Below, piece by piece: positions 20,534 to 31,162 of a DNA stretch of 64,000 nucleotides (the stretch's first letter is position 1; every line of letters starts with the position of its first letter). The notes below the pieces were generated by a model, which saw only the letters and a program-made list of their open reading frames with translations, ran no database searches and had not been told where the DNA came from. Origin of the DNA: Rhodosorus marinus CCMP1338 (lineage: Eukaryota > Plantae > Rhodophyta); NCBI GenBank assembly GCA_029953675.1, contig JAMWBK010000006.1, positions 744,001 through 808,000 of the forward strand. Reading direction: 5' to 3'. The translations under genes and the position numbers were made by a program.

Positions 20534-23500
20534 GTCTTCCTCCTCCGCGTGCGTGTCGTCCCGGTTACCCCTGTTTACCAGTGACCGCTCAGCCTGGCAT
20601 GAGCGTGTTCTCTCGTGGTTTTCGCACCTTGTCGCCTCCTACCCGGACGGTTCCCTTCCCCTTTGTCGTCAGAGCACGGCCGTACGGCTCCCTCGTCGAC
20701 TTCATAAGCCCCTAGGATTGGTGTTGGATTTTCTCTGGCAGCAGGTCGCCGCGAACCCTCACTGCTCTCTTCGCTGGGAACTCTTGTTCTTTTTTCCCCG
20801 CCTCGTGCTCACATCCTCTACCGTCCCCCTCAACTCCACATCCTCGCCGGGTCCACCCTCGCCGAAAACTGCAAATGTTCCTTTCCGGCGACTTTGAGGA
20901 CCTCGAACGTCTTTATTTCGCTTCTCTCTCTTCCTTTTCTCCTAGTGCTTCCTCAGCTTTTAGGTCTTCTCGACAGAATCGGGCGCGTCACGCGGTGGCA
21001 GGCGGTGATCTGCGGCGGGCAGCCGGGATCCTCCAGCAGCGGCAACCTGTGGTTCCATACTCCGATGATCTTTCTTCACCGCTCCGTTTGCTCTTTCCCT
21101 CGGAAGGCTCCCCTTGGGACTCCTCGTTTGAATCAGTGTTGGAAGAGTACCACGCCGCGCCACATCCCAGTGCGCGGTTAGTGGTCAATCTGGAGGCGGT
21201 GCGTGAGTTGGTTCATGATGCTCCGAAGGGCCGTTCCCCAGGGCCCTCGGGGCTGCGGGTGGAATATCTCCGTTTCTTAAGTGATGAAGGTTTGAAGGCG
21301 TTGGCGTGGGTGGTCGAAGCGCTTGTGAATGGTGATCCCCTGTGTGAGTGTGCGTGGTTCTTTGTCGGGCGTTCGCAGTTGTGTCTGCTTTCGAAGCCCG
21401 GCCACACGGCCTCGAGCCCTGCTATTCGCCCTATTGGCCTGGTTGAGGTGGTCCGCAAATTGGCGGCGCGATGGTTAGTGAAAATCCTGGTTCCCGAATC
21501 CCGCCGTTTCTTTGGGCACGTGCAGTTAGGCGTGGGCTATCGTGGTGGCTGTGAGTTGTTGTCTGTTTTACTCCGTTCGGAAATGGCGTACTCCCCAGAT
21601 TCTGGGCTCCTCTCTGTAGATTTTACCAATGCGTTCAACCGCGTCTCTCGTCCGGCTCTCATGCACGTGGTGCGCGAAGTCTTCCCTGTAGGCTTTCCCT
21701 TTGTTAGTAGACTTTATTCTCCGCTTGGTCGTGGGGCTACCTATGACACCCTTGGCGCTTCCTCACACACGTTTGCGGCGCGCACAGGGGTACAACAGGG
21801 TGATCCCTTGTCCCCTTTCCTACATGCCTGTGGACTACAACTCGTCTTGCTTTGTCTTCGCTCCGAATTCCCGCAGGTTCGTACGGTTGCATACCACGAC
21901 GACGTGTGCCTCCTGGGGCCCCCTGATACTCTAGCACTCGCTTATGATCGTCTCCGCTCCTTGGCTGCGCGGGTTGACCTGGAGGTTAATCATCACAAAT
22001 CGTTCTACTGGGGAGGTGTAGCTGCACAAGAGCAGCAGGTACCTGCGTCGTTCCAGGATATTTGGAGACCGGATGGTTTTGTCCACTTAGGCATCCCCTA
22101 CGGGTCGCCGTCCTTCGTTGAAGGCGAGTTGCTGCAGCTCCTCGGTAAGCACAGACAGCTGGTTGCAGAGCTTCGACGGCTACCTCCGGGCTTTCTCCAG
22201 TGCTCGTTGTTGCTGTTTCGGTATTGTTGCAGTCAGCGGTTAACCTATTGGCTTCGCTCACTTCCAACTCATTGGGGCCGGTGGTTGGCCACTCGTGCGG
22301 ATGCTGAAAGTTTCCGTGACCTGGGGTATTTTCTCGATGAAGAGCTGAGCGCTCTGCCGCGACCCACCTGTGATGTTGTGCGCGCCCAGGTAGGCCTCCC
22401 ATTGCGATTGGGGGGACTGGGCCTCTGCAATCGTGTTGTGGTCCAACCTGCAGCCGCAGTAGGGGCCTGGGGAACCGCACTTCCCACTTTGAGCAGCTTG
22501 GGTATCTCGAAGTTCCGCAATTTGATGGCGAGCCTCTCGCGGGGTGTCTTGCTTCGCAGCGTACCGGAAAGCGCCCAAGACTTGTTTCTGGAGCTCCAAA
22601 CCGCCCTGAATTCCTGTACTAGTCTCCCCGAAACCGTTCAACCCCGTCTTCCGGACTGGCGAGCTGTATTTGACCGCTCTCGAGGCTCCGCCCCGGGGAT
22701 TCGTCCTGCGCCTGAACCTGTTCTAGGGAGATTGACCCAGTGGTTGCCGCAGAAGAAGAAGTTCCAGTTGATCCTCCTGATGATTCCCAGCGCGCTGGGA
22801 GCCGAGCTCAAGCACGCACGGATGCGCTGCAAAATATCCTTTCTTGGGACTTGCACCGTGCTGCATATGGCCGACTCCTCGCGCAGATGGTCTCATCTTC
22901 TCGCGCTCGCGCCCGCCTACGTAGTCTTGGAGGGGTTCTTAGCTCTCAGTGGCTCATGACCGTACCAGCCTTTCCGCCACTCACACTGTCGGATTTCGAA
23001 GTGCGTACTTCACTGCGCTTATACCTCGGCTTACATCAGCCCCCTTGGCCGTACGAGATGGGTTCGTCGTGCCCTCTCTGCTCTCAGACTGAAGACAACG
23101 CAGATTTTGGCGCCCACCTGCTCGCTAGTTACCCGGCGGTGAAAGGTGCTCGAACCCGCCGCCACACACGGATCTTGAACCTGTTATACCGGGAACTTCG
23201 GCCTATAGTCCGGCAAGCCGGTCTGGAAATCGAACGTGAGAAACCTTTACCCGTCGCGGACTTTCAAAATGATGAACGCCGTGTAGCCGACCTGGTGATC
23301 ACCTGTGACGACAGCCGCCGTACCACATACGTTGATCTTGCTGTTCCTAACCCTCAAGCTAGTCGTTATCTCCCGGCTGCGGGGGAGCGCCGTGGATCTG
23401 CCGCCGCCAGCATGAGACGCCGCAAAGAGATCAAATACGCGGGGGCTTTGTCTTCCCCTGGTGTTCGTGCTTCGGCACTAGCACATCGCTTGGTACCCCT

Positions 23501-23669
23501 GATCATTGAGTGCTTTGGGTTCATGGACTCTGTTGGTTCTCGCTGGCTTCGGGAGTTGTTCCGCGAACGCCCTGACCGTCTTCAATCGTTGTTTACCCGC
23601 TTAAGTTTCCTGCTGTGGCGCATGAATGCCGCTTTGATGTTGGAGGCGCGAGTACTTCGCCGCGCTTAG
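20526..23669 (+). CDS. ORF2: reverse transcriptase, CCHC knuckle and REL endonuclease (~1047 aa reconstructed; two frameshifts at ~20810 and ~22727)
   Basis: GRSPGPSGLR, IRPIGLVE, QLGVG, VDFTNAFN, GVQQGDPLSP, YHDD, HLGIPYGS, GLPLRLGGLG; CPLC..H; RRVADLV...VDLAV, RRKEIKY, PLIIECFG. Confidence 0.9.
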
Positions 23670-23764
23670 TCTTTTTTTCCCCTCGGGGTTTTTTTTTCAG
23701 CCTCCGATTACACCATTCATTCATTTCATGGATCGAGTGAATAGCCGAATAGCGAAGTCCAAAC

Positions 23765-23995
23765 AGCGAACGCCAATGCACCGAAAGAGACGAATTGAAA
23801 AATATCGGAGGAAATCGATCGTTATCGGACCGTGTATCGGACGAACCCTGTTTTGTCTTTTCCGTTCAGGTCCGATAAACTCATTTCGGTGGGAGTCCAC
23901 AGAACATGGGCTCTATTATTACGCAATACAGGGTTAATAAATGTTTATTGGACGCAATCGGACTTTTTTTTTATCGGACGGAGCTGACAACCATA
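23765..23995 (-). mobile_element. hAT-like end, second copy
   Basis: Reverse complement begins TATGGTTGTCAGCTCCGTCCGAT and is colinear with 6133-6385. Confidence 0.6.
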
Positions 23996-24288
23996 GTAAT
24001 GAGTGTACAAAGTATAACAAGCGGGTATGAAAAGCAAAATGTAAAAGTGGAAGTATAAAAAACTAATCGGAGTGGATTGCGAAAAGCCTACTAGTTCCCA
24101 GTCTCACACTACCACACCGGCATTTACGCAACCTTTCTAAAATTTCGAGGTCGCTAGAGTTTACCGCACGATGGTCAACGTTAGTGATGCACGTTGCACC
24201 ATAATGGACGGATTGTCCTCATTCTGAAGAGCGTACCACGTAAAATTGGAGTCCCCCCTCCTTGACTGAGGGTGCCTAGTTGCCGGAG

Positions 24289-24880
24289 TGTTACCGCAAC
24301 CTCCCTGGCGCTCTTTCCGGACTGCATGTTTCTTTGAGTCTAACTCTCTGGTTACTGGAAAACTAACAACCCCCGGTCGGTATCCTACCAGAGCGAAAGG
24401 GGAGTCCCAAGTGCCTGATTACTTACTCATCAGTAAGAATTAGCTGCTAAACTAATGGCGCTCTCATAGCTACGAAGTGCAACCCAAGAGTTGCCTCTCC
24501 ACAGCGTGCGGTTCATCGCCAGAGCTTTCTTCAGGGAGGTGGGGTCCGAGCCTAGATGCCTGGTGAGGCGGGGAAGGTCTGCCATTTTACGTGCTGAAAG
24601 TCGTCCGTATGCCTCGACTCCGGCGCTGTAATGCTACCCTAGTTTTGGAGGCGCGCACTCTACGCCCTTCCTAGAGTACCTCAATCCGGGACCTTTGCCA
24701 CCTACCAAAATGATGATAATGATGGTCGGGACAGTGCGAGGTCCAAGCAACAGAAGCGGAGCGAGCGAGGCATAAGTATCCCTCACAAGGTAGCAACTCC
24801 AAGCAGCAGGGACTAGGATCCCTACGGAAGGACCCAAACCGAAGATGGTCGGGAATGTCGAGGTCCAAGGCAACTAGGGC
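24289..24880 (+). mobile_element. Family C LTR-like repeat with an internal ~123-bp duplication
   Basis: Long match to 35105-35700 (GTCCGAGCCTAGATGCCTGGTGAGGCGG etc.); begins TGTTACC. Confidence 0.65.
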
Positions 24881-25284
24881 CACAACACGAGCCTCGACAG
24901 TCCAACGTCAGAGGACTTGGGAGCAGAAGGGCCAAACCGGGCTTTGAGGAGCGCCAGGGGCCACAGGGACAACGCCGCAGGCAGAAGACTCGCTAGTTCG
25001 TGTCAGCAGATAGGACAGCTGTCCTGATAGCAGCTGTCCCTTGGGACAAAGGGTTTCGGCAAAGGTAGCAAATGCGACAGTCAACGCCGGGATATGGCGA
25101 ACTTCGTCAGTAGCAGCAACAGTATAAGCCATACGGATGATCAGAGCCTCCGCAGTGGCCGGAGAGCAACGTGGTAGCTCAGCTGAGCGTGCGGAAACCA
25201 CCCGGCAGAATCTCCGCGGACGCGAAGGGAAGTCGGCGTAGCCCTTTCCGCTCCCATTGTAGACGGGCTCTGAATAAATTGTTC

Positions 25285-26304
25285 TTGTATCAAGTGACCG
25301 GTTATTCGGATGCAAGTTAAGCGAGTGATGAGGAAACCAGGAAGAGTACCTCAGGATCGTTGGTGATGATCGACAGATCACCAGTGACGTTCATGGAGGC
25401 AAAGATCGATTGCTCAGTCAACCGCGCAGGCCGAATATCAAGCGCTCGTGAATATGTTGACAACCAAACTAGGGGAGCAAGAGTTCATTGAACAAACTGC
25501 CAGAGCGATCGACGTGCCGATGGTCGCGTTCACTGCGCACCAACTCATGTTTCTGTTGGGAGACTACTGGAGACAGTCGAACATCGCAGCATGTATCTGC
25601 GAAGTTACAGTACGCACGCGAGAAATGCACTTCCAGTGAGGTGCTACTTAGTAAAACCACTTAAAATAGATATCTCGGCAACGGATGAGATGATAGCTGA
25701 TATTCTCAACCAGGCACTCACCAAGGATTGCACACAGAAACTGAGACGCGGTGTTTGTGTCGTGGGGCGACCTTCCTCGGTGGCATAAGGCCGAGGGGGA
25801 GTGTTAGCCGCTATTGACGTTGCGTCCATAGCATAGTTTTTAAGGTCAGACCAGATAGCGTGGTGTGATAGTACATTTCGTGGATAGATAGAATACTGTA
25901 GACCTAAAGTAGAATCAACGAGGACCTCAAAGGTGGTTATCATGCATTGCAGGAATAGATTACTTTGGCCCAAAGCGTGAGCTTGCCGGATAGAGAAACA
26001 GTGAGGAAGGCCACAAATGCTGGCGAAATACAACGGAGATCACTGATTTAGAACGCAGCCATATGGCGATCCTGGTGAATAATACTTTCGCATCGATATT
26101 TATGCCAAAGTCATCGCGATCTAAACAAGGTAGATGTTGAGGTCCAATTCATGCTTACAGTGTCAAGATGGCAGGGTGGTCGCTGGCGGTTTACCTCACG
26201 CTTGCCCTTGTTCTGAGTATGTGTCCATTGAAGCATGCTGCAAATGGAGGCGAGAAAAGAGTGATTTTCCGCTGGCGTGAGGATACATCAAGGATATCAT
26301 AACA
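25285..26304 (+). mobile_element. Ty1/copia 3' remnant, copy 3, with an uninterrupted 503-bp LTR (25802-26304)
   Basis: TGYSDAS...SIAQSTAQAEYQA...TDEMIADIL; PPT GAGGGGGAG; LTR termini TGTTA...TAACA. Confidence 0.85.
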
Positions 26305-26456
26305 CTTGCATCTACGGCTTTAAAATTGAAATTTAAGAATTAGAAATACATTGTCAAGAGCACAAGTCCGTCGGCTGGGCACACAATAGATAACCGGAGG
26401 ACTGGAGAGGAACATCTACGGCGAATTTTTCGCCTCCTATGCGGTTGCTACCTTTC

Positions 26457-27314
26457 CTAAAACCGATGAGGGAACACTTCCAAGTACGACTCAACAGGAT
26501 CTTCTCCGAAGTACACCTTCCTCAACTGTGTCTGGGAAGGACTGCTTACGCCTAGTGAGCGCCTCTTCCGAATGACTTGAACACCGCGTCCTTGCACATA
26601 CCACACACCAAGCGAGACTAGCGGGATCAGGAACACCGCAAACACGAGGTTGAACGCAATGTGCTCCCAGATCTTCATGCTTTGCTGGAACTGGAAGGTA
26701 GAACCAAAGAGCATTATATACTGTGAGCGAGGTGTTAAGGGTAAAAGTGAGAAAGTCTGTCATCTTACCCTGTAAGGCCACCATCCATCGTTGCTTTTTG
26801 CGCAGAGAAGGGACCAGGATGCGAAGAATACCATGTAGCCTTCGGTGGTTAGGATATCGGCTACTGGTCTTCGTTCAGCCTTCTCTCTGAATAGAACTTC
26901 GTACACTGCGAATACGAGCGGAGGCCCGTGAAGAAAATGCATGTAAAAGTCGAAGTCCTCAACCTGCGCTGCACGGTCCCGTGTCATTGGATCGAAATGC
27001 ACAACCGCGTAATACATCCCTCCCATAAGTATACCCAAAGCGCAAACAAGTCCGCTGAGCCTTTCAACCATCCCAGCGAAGACTCTGACCTGCTTGCCGA
27101 ACATGTAGTCTACCACACACAAGCACAAGTACAGGAGGATGATGAAATTGGTCTGCACCGTCAGGAAAACGAAGTTTCCGCCAAAGTTATTGGCAGGCCT
27201 ATCAGCTCTATCCGGAGACCACAGCATCTGCGTAGACGTTATCCCAATAAATAAAAACAATACCAACATGTACAGCGTTGGCTGCACCTTGTGCACAGCA
27301 TGATCCATCCCCAT
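26457..27314 (-). CDS. FAR-17a/AIG1-like membrane protein, copy 3, 259 aa
   Basis: Exons 27314-26769 and 26690-26457 are intact; about 13 aa differ from copy 2. Confidence 0.8.
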
Positions 27315-27589
27315 TCCAATGAAAAACAAAAATACGAACTAGAAATACGCCCTTCCCCAAGCAACAGAAATCTCCATCGCCTTCACGAAAAGGGCCATAG
27401 CTCTACCCCCGTATGCCTCCGCTCTACATCTCTGCGAGCCGGTGCGAGGAAATCTTAAAACTGATCGCTCTACTTATAGGTAGCCCGTTGCTACCTGCCA
27501 ATTCACGTACCGAGCATGCAGGTCCGCGACCTCTACGCTTGAAGCACTTCCCACTTCTCCAGACGTGTAAGTATTCCCTCATCAACTAA

Positions 27590-28503
27590 CCATTAACTAC
27601 ATTTTAAATAACTATCTAATAATAAATTGTTTTCGATATTTATACTCATATTATACGTATATACAAAGTATATACTTTACGACCCCAAATCGTGGTGGTC
27701 GATAGGAGTCTGACGACAATGATGAAGTGCAGGTGGAAAGAAGCTCCTGAGTTCATAATTCGAAAGTTTTCACCAAGAAGCGGAGTTTCTTGTATTCTAA
27801 GATTTAGTGGGCTCGTTTCTTCTCTCCCCACCGAGAAAATAAAGCTCCCTCAATTGAAGCAAAAAGAGGATCATGATTTATGAAATTTCAATAACAAAAC
27901 TAACAACCTGGCCTCGTTTTCTACCCCACCGAAAAATGAATGATTTTTGTGAAGGAAGGCGGTGATCGTTTTTTTCGGACAATAGTCGTTGGGATCAAAC
28001 TATTGTATTTTGTATTCTCGCAAAGGAGTCTTCGACGCCTGAAATTCGAATAATAATTGACCGGAGAGGCCCGTAGGAGAAAAGGGTTGAGATTTCTTTA
28101 AAAACGTTTAAAGACGTGAAAAACCGTTGGAAGTGAAAACGCCAATCATGTTTCAGAAGGGACGTAGTAAAAAAACGTTAAGGCACGTCCAAAAGTGTTG
28201 GGATGGCTACAAAAAAAAGCCAAGAGATAAAAAAGTCCGTTTTCCAGTGAGAGCGGTGAGCAAGATAACGATGATCCGTTCTCAAGCGAAACTTTGGATT
28301 AGTGAACAGAGAGTAGTGTACACAGAAATCTCTTACGACTAAACCATTTTCATTCTTGCAAGACTCCAGCTCCGTACGTATCACAAAAACGCCGATAGCG
28401 GCCTAAAGCACGTTTCCTGTTTTTTGAAAGGGTACGGGACAAAGCGAAGTGACGGATGAAGGAAAAGACCACATTTTCGTGCTATTGGCCTTTTCAGCTG
28501 TTC
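27590..28503. repeat. Unit B, copy 3
   Basis: Colinear with 8140-9000; fused at its end to a CRE-like fragment. Confidence 0.7.
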
Positions 28504-28504
28504 G

Positions 28505-29359
28505 AAAACGCGTTGCAAAACACCCTTTCTTGGGACTTGCACCGTGCTGCCTATGGCCGACTTCTTGCGCAGATGGTCTCATCTTCCCGAGATCTCGCCC
28601 GCCTGCTTAGTCTTGGCGGGTGTATCAGCTCACAGTGGCTCATGACCGTCCCCTCTTTTCCTCCACTCACACTGACAGATTTTGAAGTGCGCACTTCTCT
28701 ACGTTTATACCTCGGTTTGCATCAGCCGCCCTGGCCTTCCGAGATGGTTCGCCGGCCCTCTATGCTCGCCAGCTGCCCCGCTGTGAAAGGCGCCCGAACC
28801 CGTCAACATACGCGGAACTTGAACCTGTTATACGGCGAACTTCGACCTACCGGACGGCAAGCCGGTCTTGAAATTGAACGTGAGAAGCCCCCGCCTGGCG
28901 CTGATGCACGCCGGGTGGCTGACCTCGTGGTCACCTGTGACGATAGCCGCCGTTCGACGTACGTGATCTTGCTGTTCCTAATCCTCATGCTAGTCGCTAT
29001 TTTGTCGGCTGCGCGAGAGCGCCGTGGATTTGCCGCTGCCACTATCAGACGCGCAAAGAGTTGAAATATGCGGGGACTATGTCTTCCCCAGGCATTCGTG
29101 CTTCGGCTCTAGCTCATTGCCTGGCCTCTCTGGTCATTGAGTGCTTTGGGTTTATGGATTCCGTTGCTTCTCGTTGGCTTCGGGAATTGTTCCGCGAACG
29201 ACCTGACCGTCTATCCTCGTTGTTTACCCGTTTTAAGTTTCTTGCTCTGGCGTATGAACGCTGCTTTGATGTTGGAGGCGCGCGATCTTCGCCACCCGTA
29301 GTCTTTTTTTCCCCTCGGGGATTTTTTCTTTCAGCTTTCGATTAAGCCAATTCATCCAA
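28505..29359 (+). mobile_element. 5'-truncated CRE-like copy (~850 bp)
   Basis: ALQNTLSWDLHRAAYGR...RRVADLVVTCDDSRR...; ends AATTCATCCAA. Confidence 0.9.
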
Positions 29360-29576
29360 ATCGTGGTGGTCGATAGGAGTGGGATGAGTGGGATTAGGTT
29401 TAGGTGGAAAGAAGTGCCGAGTTCATAATTCGAAAGTTTCACGCTGAAACGGAGTTTCTTGTATTTTAAGATTTAGCAGCCTAGTTTCTCCTCTTCCCCC
29501 CCCCAAAAAAATTCTTTCAAATGAAGCAAACGAGGATCATGATTTATGAATATTTCAATAACATAGCTAACAACCT

Positions 29577-29711
29577 TCTATTGCGGTATTCTAGCAACAT
29601 GCTCAACGAGGCCCGCTACCGTCGGCTGGGCTCCTTACTCTTCTTCCTAGTCCCTAGTTTCCTTCTACGTTTGCGTAAGCGCATCAGGCTATGTCAGTAA
29701 AACCACCCCAC
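29577..29711 (+). mobile_element. Subfamily-2 CRE-like 3' end inserted in unit B
   Basis: Matches 14530-14637; the flanks rejoin to the AACAACCTGGCCTCG seen intact at 27903-27917. Confidence 0.75.
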
Positions 29712-30094
29712 CCTGGCCTCGGGTTCTTCCCCTCCGAAAAATGAATGATTTTTGCAGGGCAAGGCGGAGCTCGGTTTTTTTCGGGACAATAGTCGTCGGG
29801 ATCAAACTATTGTATTTTGTATTTTCGCAAATGATTCTTTGAACCTGAAATCCCCATAATAATTGACGGGATTCTACCCGTAAAAAAGGGTTGAGATTTC
29901 TAATAAAACGTTTAAAAATGGGAAAAACCGATGGAAGTGAAATCGCTAAATACGTTCTAGAAGGGACGCAGGAAAAAAACGTTAGGCACGTCCAAAGGTG
30001 AGGCGATGGCAAAAAAAGGATAAAAAAGTCCGTTTTCCAGTGCGAGCTGTGAGCAAGATAACGATGATCCGTTGTCAAGTAAAAACCTTGGATT

Positions 30095-30485
30095 GAACGA
30101 ATCGGTCTAATCGGAGGCTGAAAGAAAAAAACCCCGAAGGAAAAAAAGACTAGGCCCGGCGAAGATCGCGCGTCTCCAACATCAAAGCAGCGTTCACACG
30201 CTACAGCAAGAAACTCCTCTTAAACAACGAGGACAGACGGTCAGGGCGTTCGCGGAACAATTCCCGAAGCCAACGAGAACCAACGGAATCCATAAACCCA
30301 AAGCAGTTAATGACCAGAGGTACCGGGCGATGAGCTAGAGCCGAAGCAAGAATGCCCGGAGAAGACAAGGCCTCCGCATATTTCAACTCTTTGAGACGTC
30401 TCATATTCGCGGCGGCACATCCACGGCGCTCTCGCGCAGCCGGCAAATAGCGACCAGCGTGAGGATTAGGAACAGCAAGATCAAC
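30095..30485 (-). mobile_element. 5'-truncated CRE-like insertion with a 4-bp GATT target-site duplication
   Basis: GATT at 30091-30094 and 30486-30489; the empty site TTTGGATTAGTGA is present at ~28292-28304. Confidence 0.85.
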
Positions 30486-31162
30486 GATTAGTGACCTCAG
30501 AACTCTCTTACGACTAAAAACCTTTTCATTATTACGAGACTCCAGCTCCGCACGTATCAAAAGTGCGCCGATAGCGTACGGCCTAAAACACGTTTTCTTG
30601 TTGTTTGAAAGGGTACGGGGTAAATCTAGGTGACGGACGGAGGAAAAGATCACATTTTCGTGCTATTGGCCTTTTGAGCTGTTCGTCTTTTGAGCTGTTC
30701 GTCTTTTGCGCTGTTCGTCTTTTGCGCTGTAAACAACCTCTACTGGCGCCCCTCGGACAAACGAAAACTGGAGACAGTTAGCGCCATCAATATACGTAAC
30801 TGGACATGGACGGGCACCCATTCATATCAGAAAACTGGAAGAATTTTTCTTTGGTCCCTGTCAAAGGGAACTGGTTAAAAAGTCGCTGGACCACCCCCCT
30901 CTCCCCCCCCGGTCCAAAGAGCTGGAAGCATGAGCACGGAAAAAGTCAATCCGCATTGAACAGGTCAGTGCTAAGCAAGTCCAAGACAGGACAGATTTTA
31001 GAGTAGCTGATGATGCACACACCTCTACCCACAACCCACAAGCCTGTATCCCTGAAAAAACCTAGTGTGGGACTTCTGGTTTATATTTGGCCTGAGGAAG
31101 ACTATGTAACGTGGACTTGAGACCCATGACCGTTGATCTGGCTCAGCTGAACCTACTACGAC

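Larger units (their letters stand above)
18961..23720 (+). mobile_element. Full-length two-ORF non-LTR retrotransposon, CRE-like clade (RT plus restriction-like endonuclease)
   Basis: ORF1 plus ORF2 with RT and REL domains; flanked by a perfect TCATTTCAT repeat (18952-18960 and 23721-23729); no LTRs, no APE domain, no poly(A). Confidence 0.9.
29358..30970. repeat. Unit B, copy 4, carrying two retroelement insertions and a 16-bp tandem repeat (30671-30730)
   Basis: Starts AATCGTGGTGGTCGATAGGAGT as at 27688; colinear with copy 3 on either side of each insertion. Confidence 0.7.

Noticed and set aside
23730-24000. Possible spliced-leader or snRNA target next to the CRE-like element
   Set aside because: No Sm site or snRNA-like sequence recognised; the flank matches the hAT-like end at 6133-6385. 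A covariance-model search would be needed to exclude it fully.
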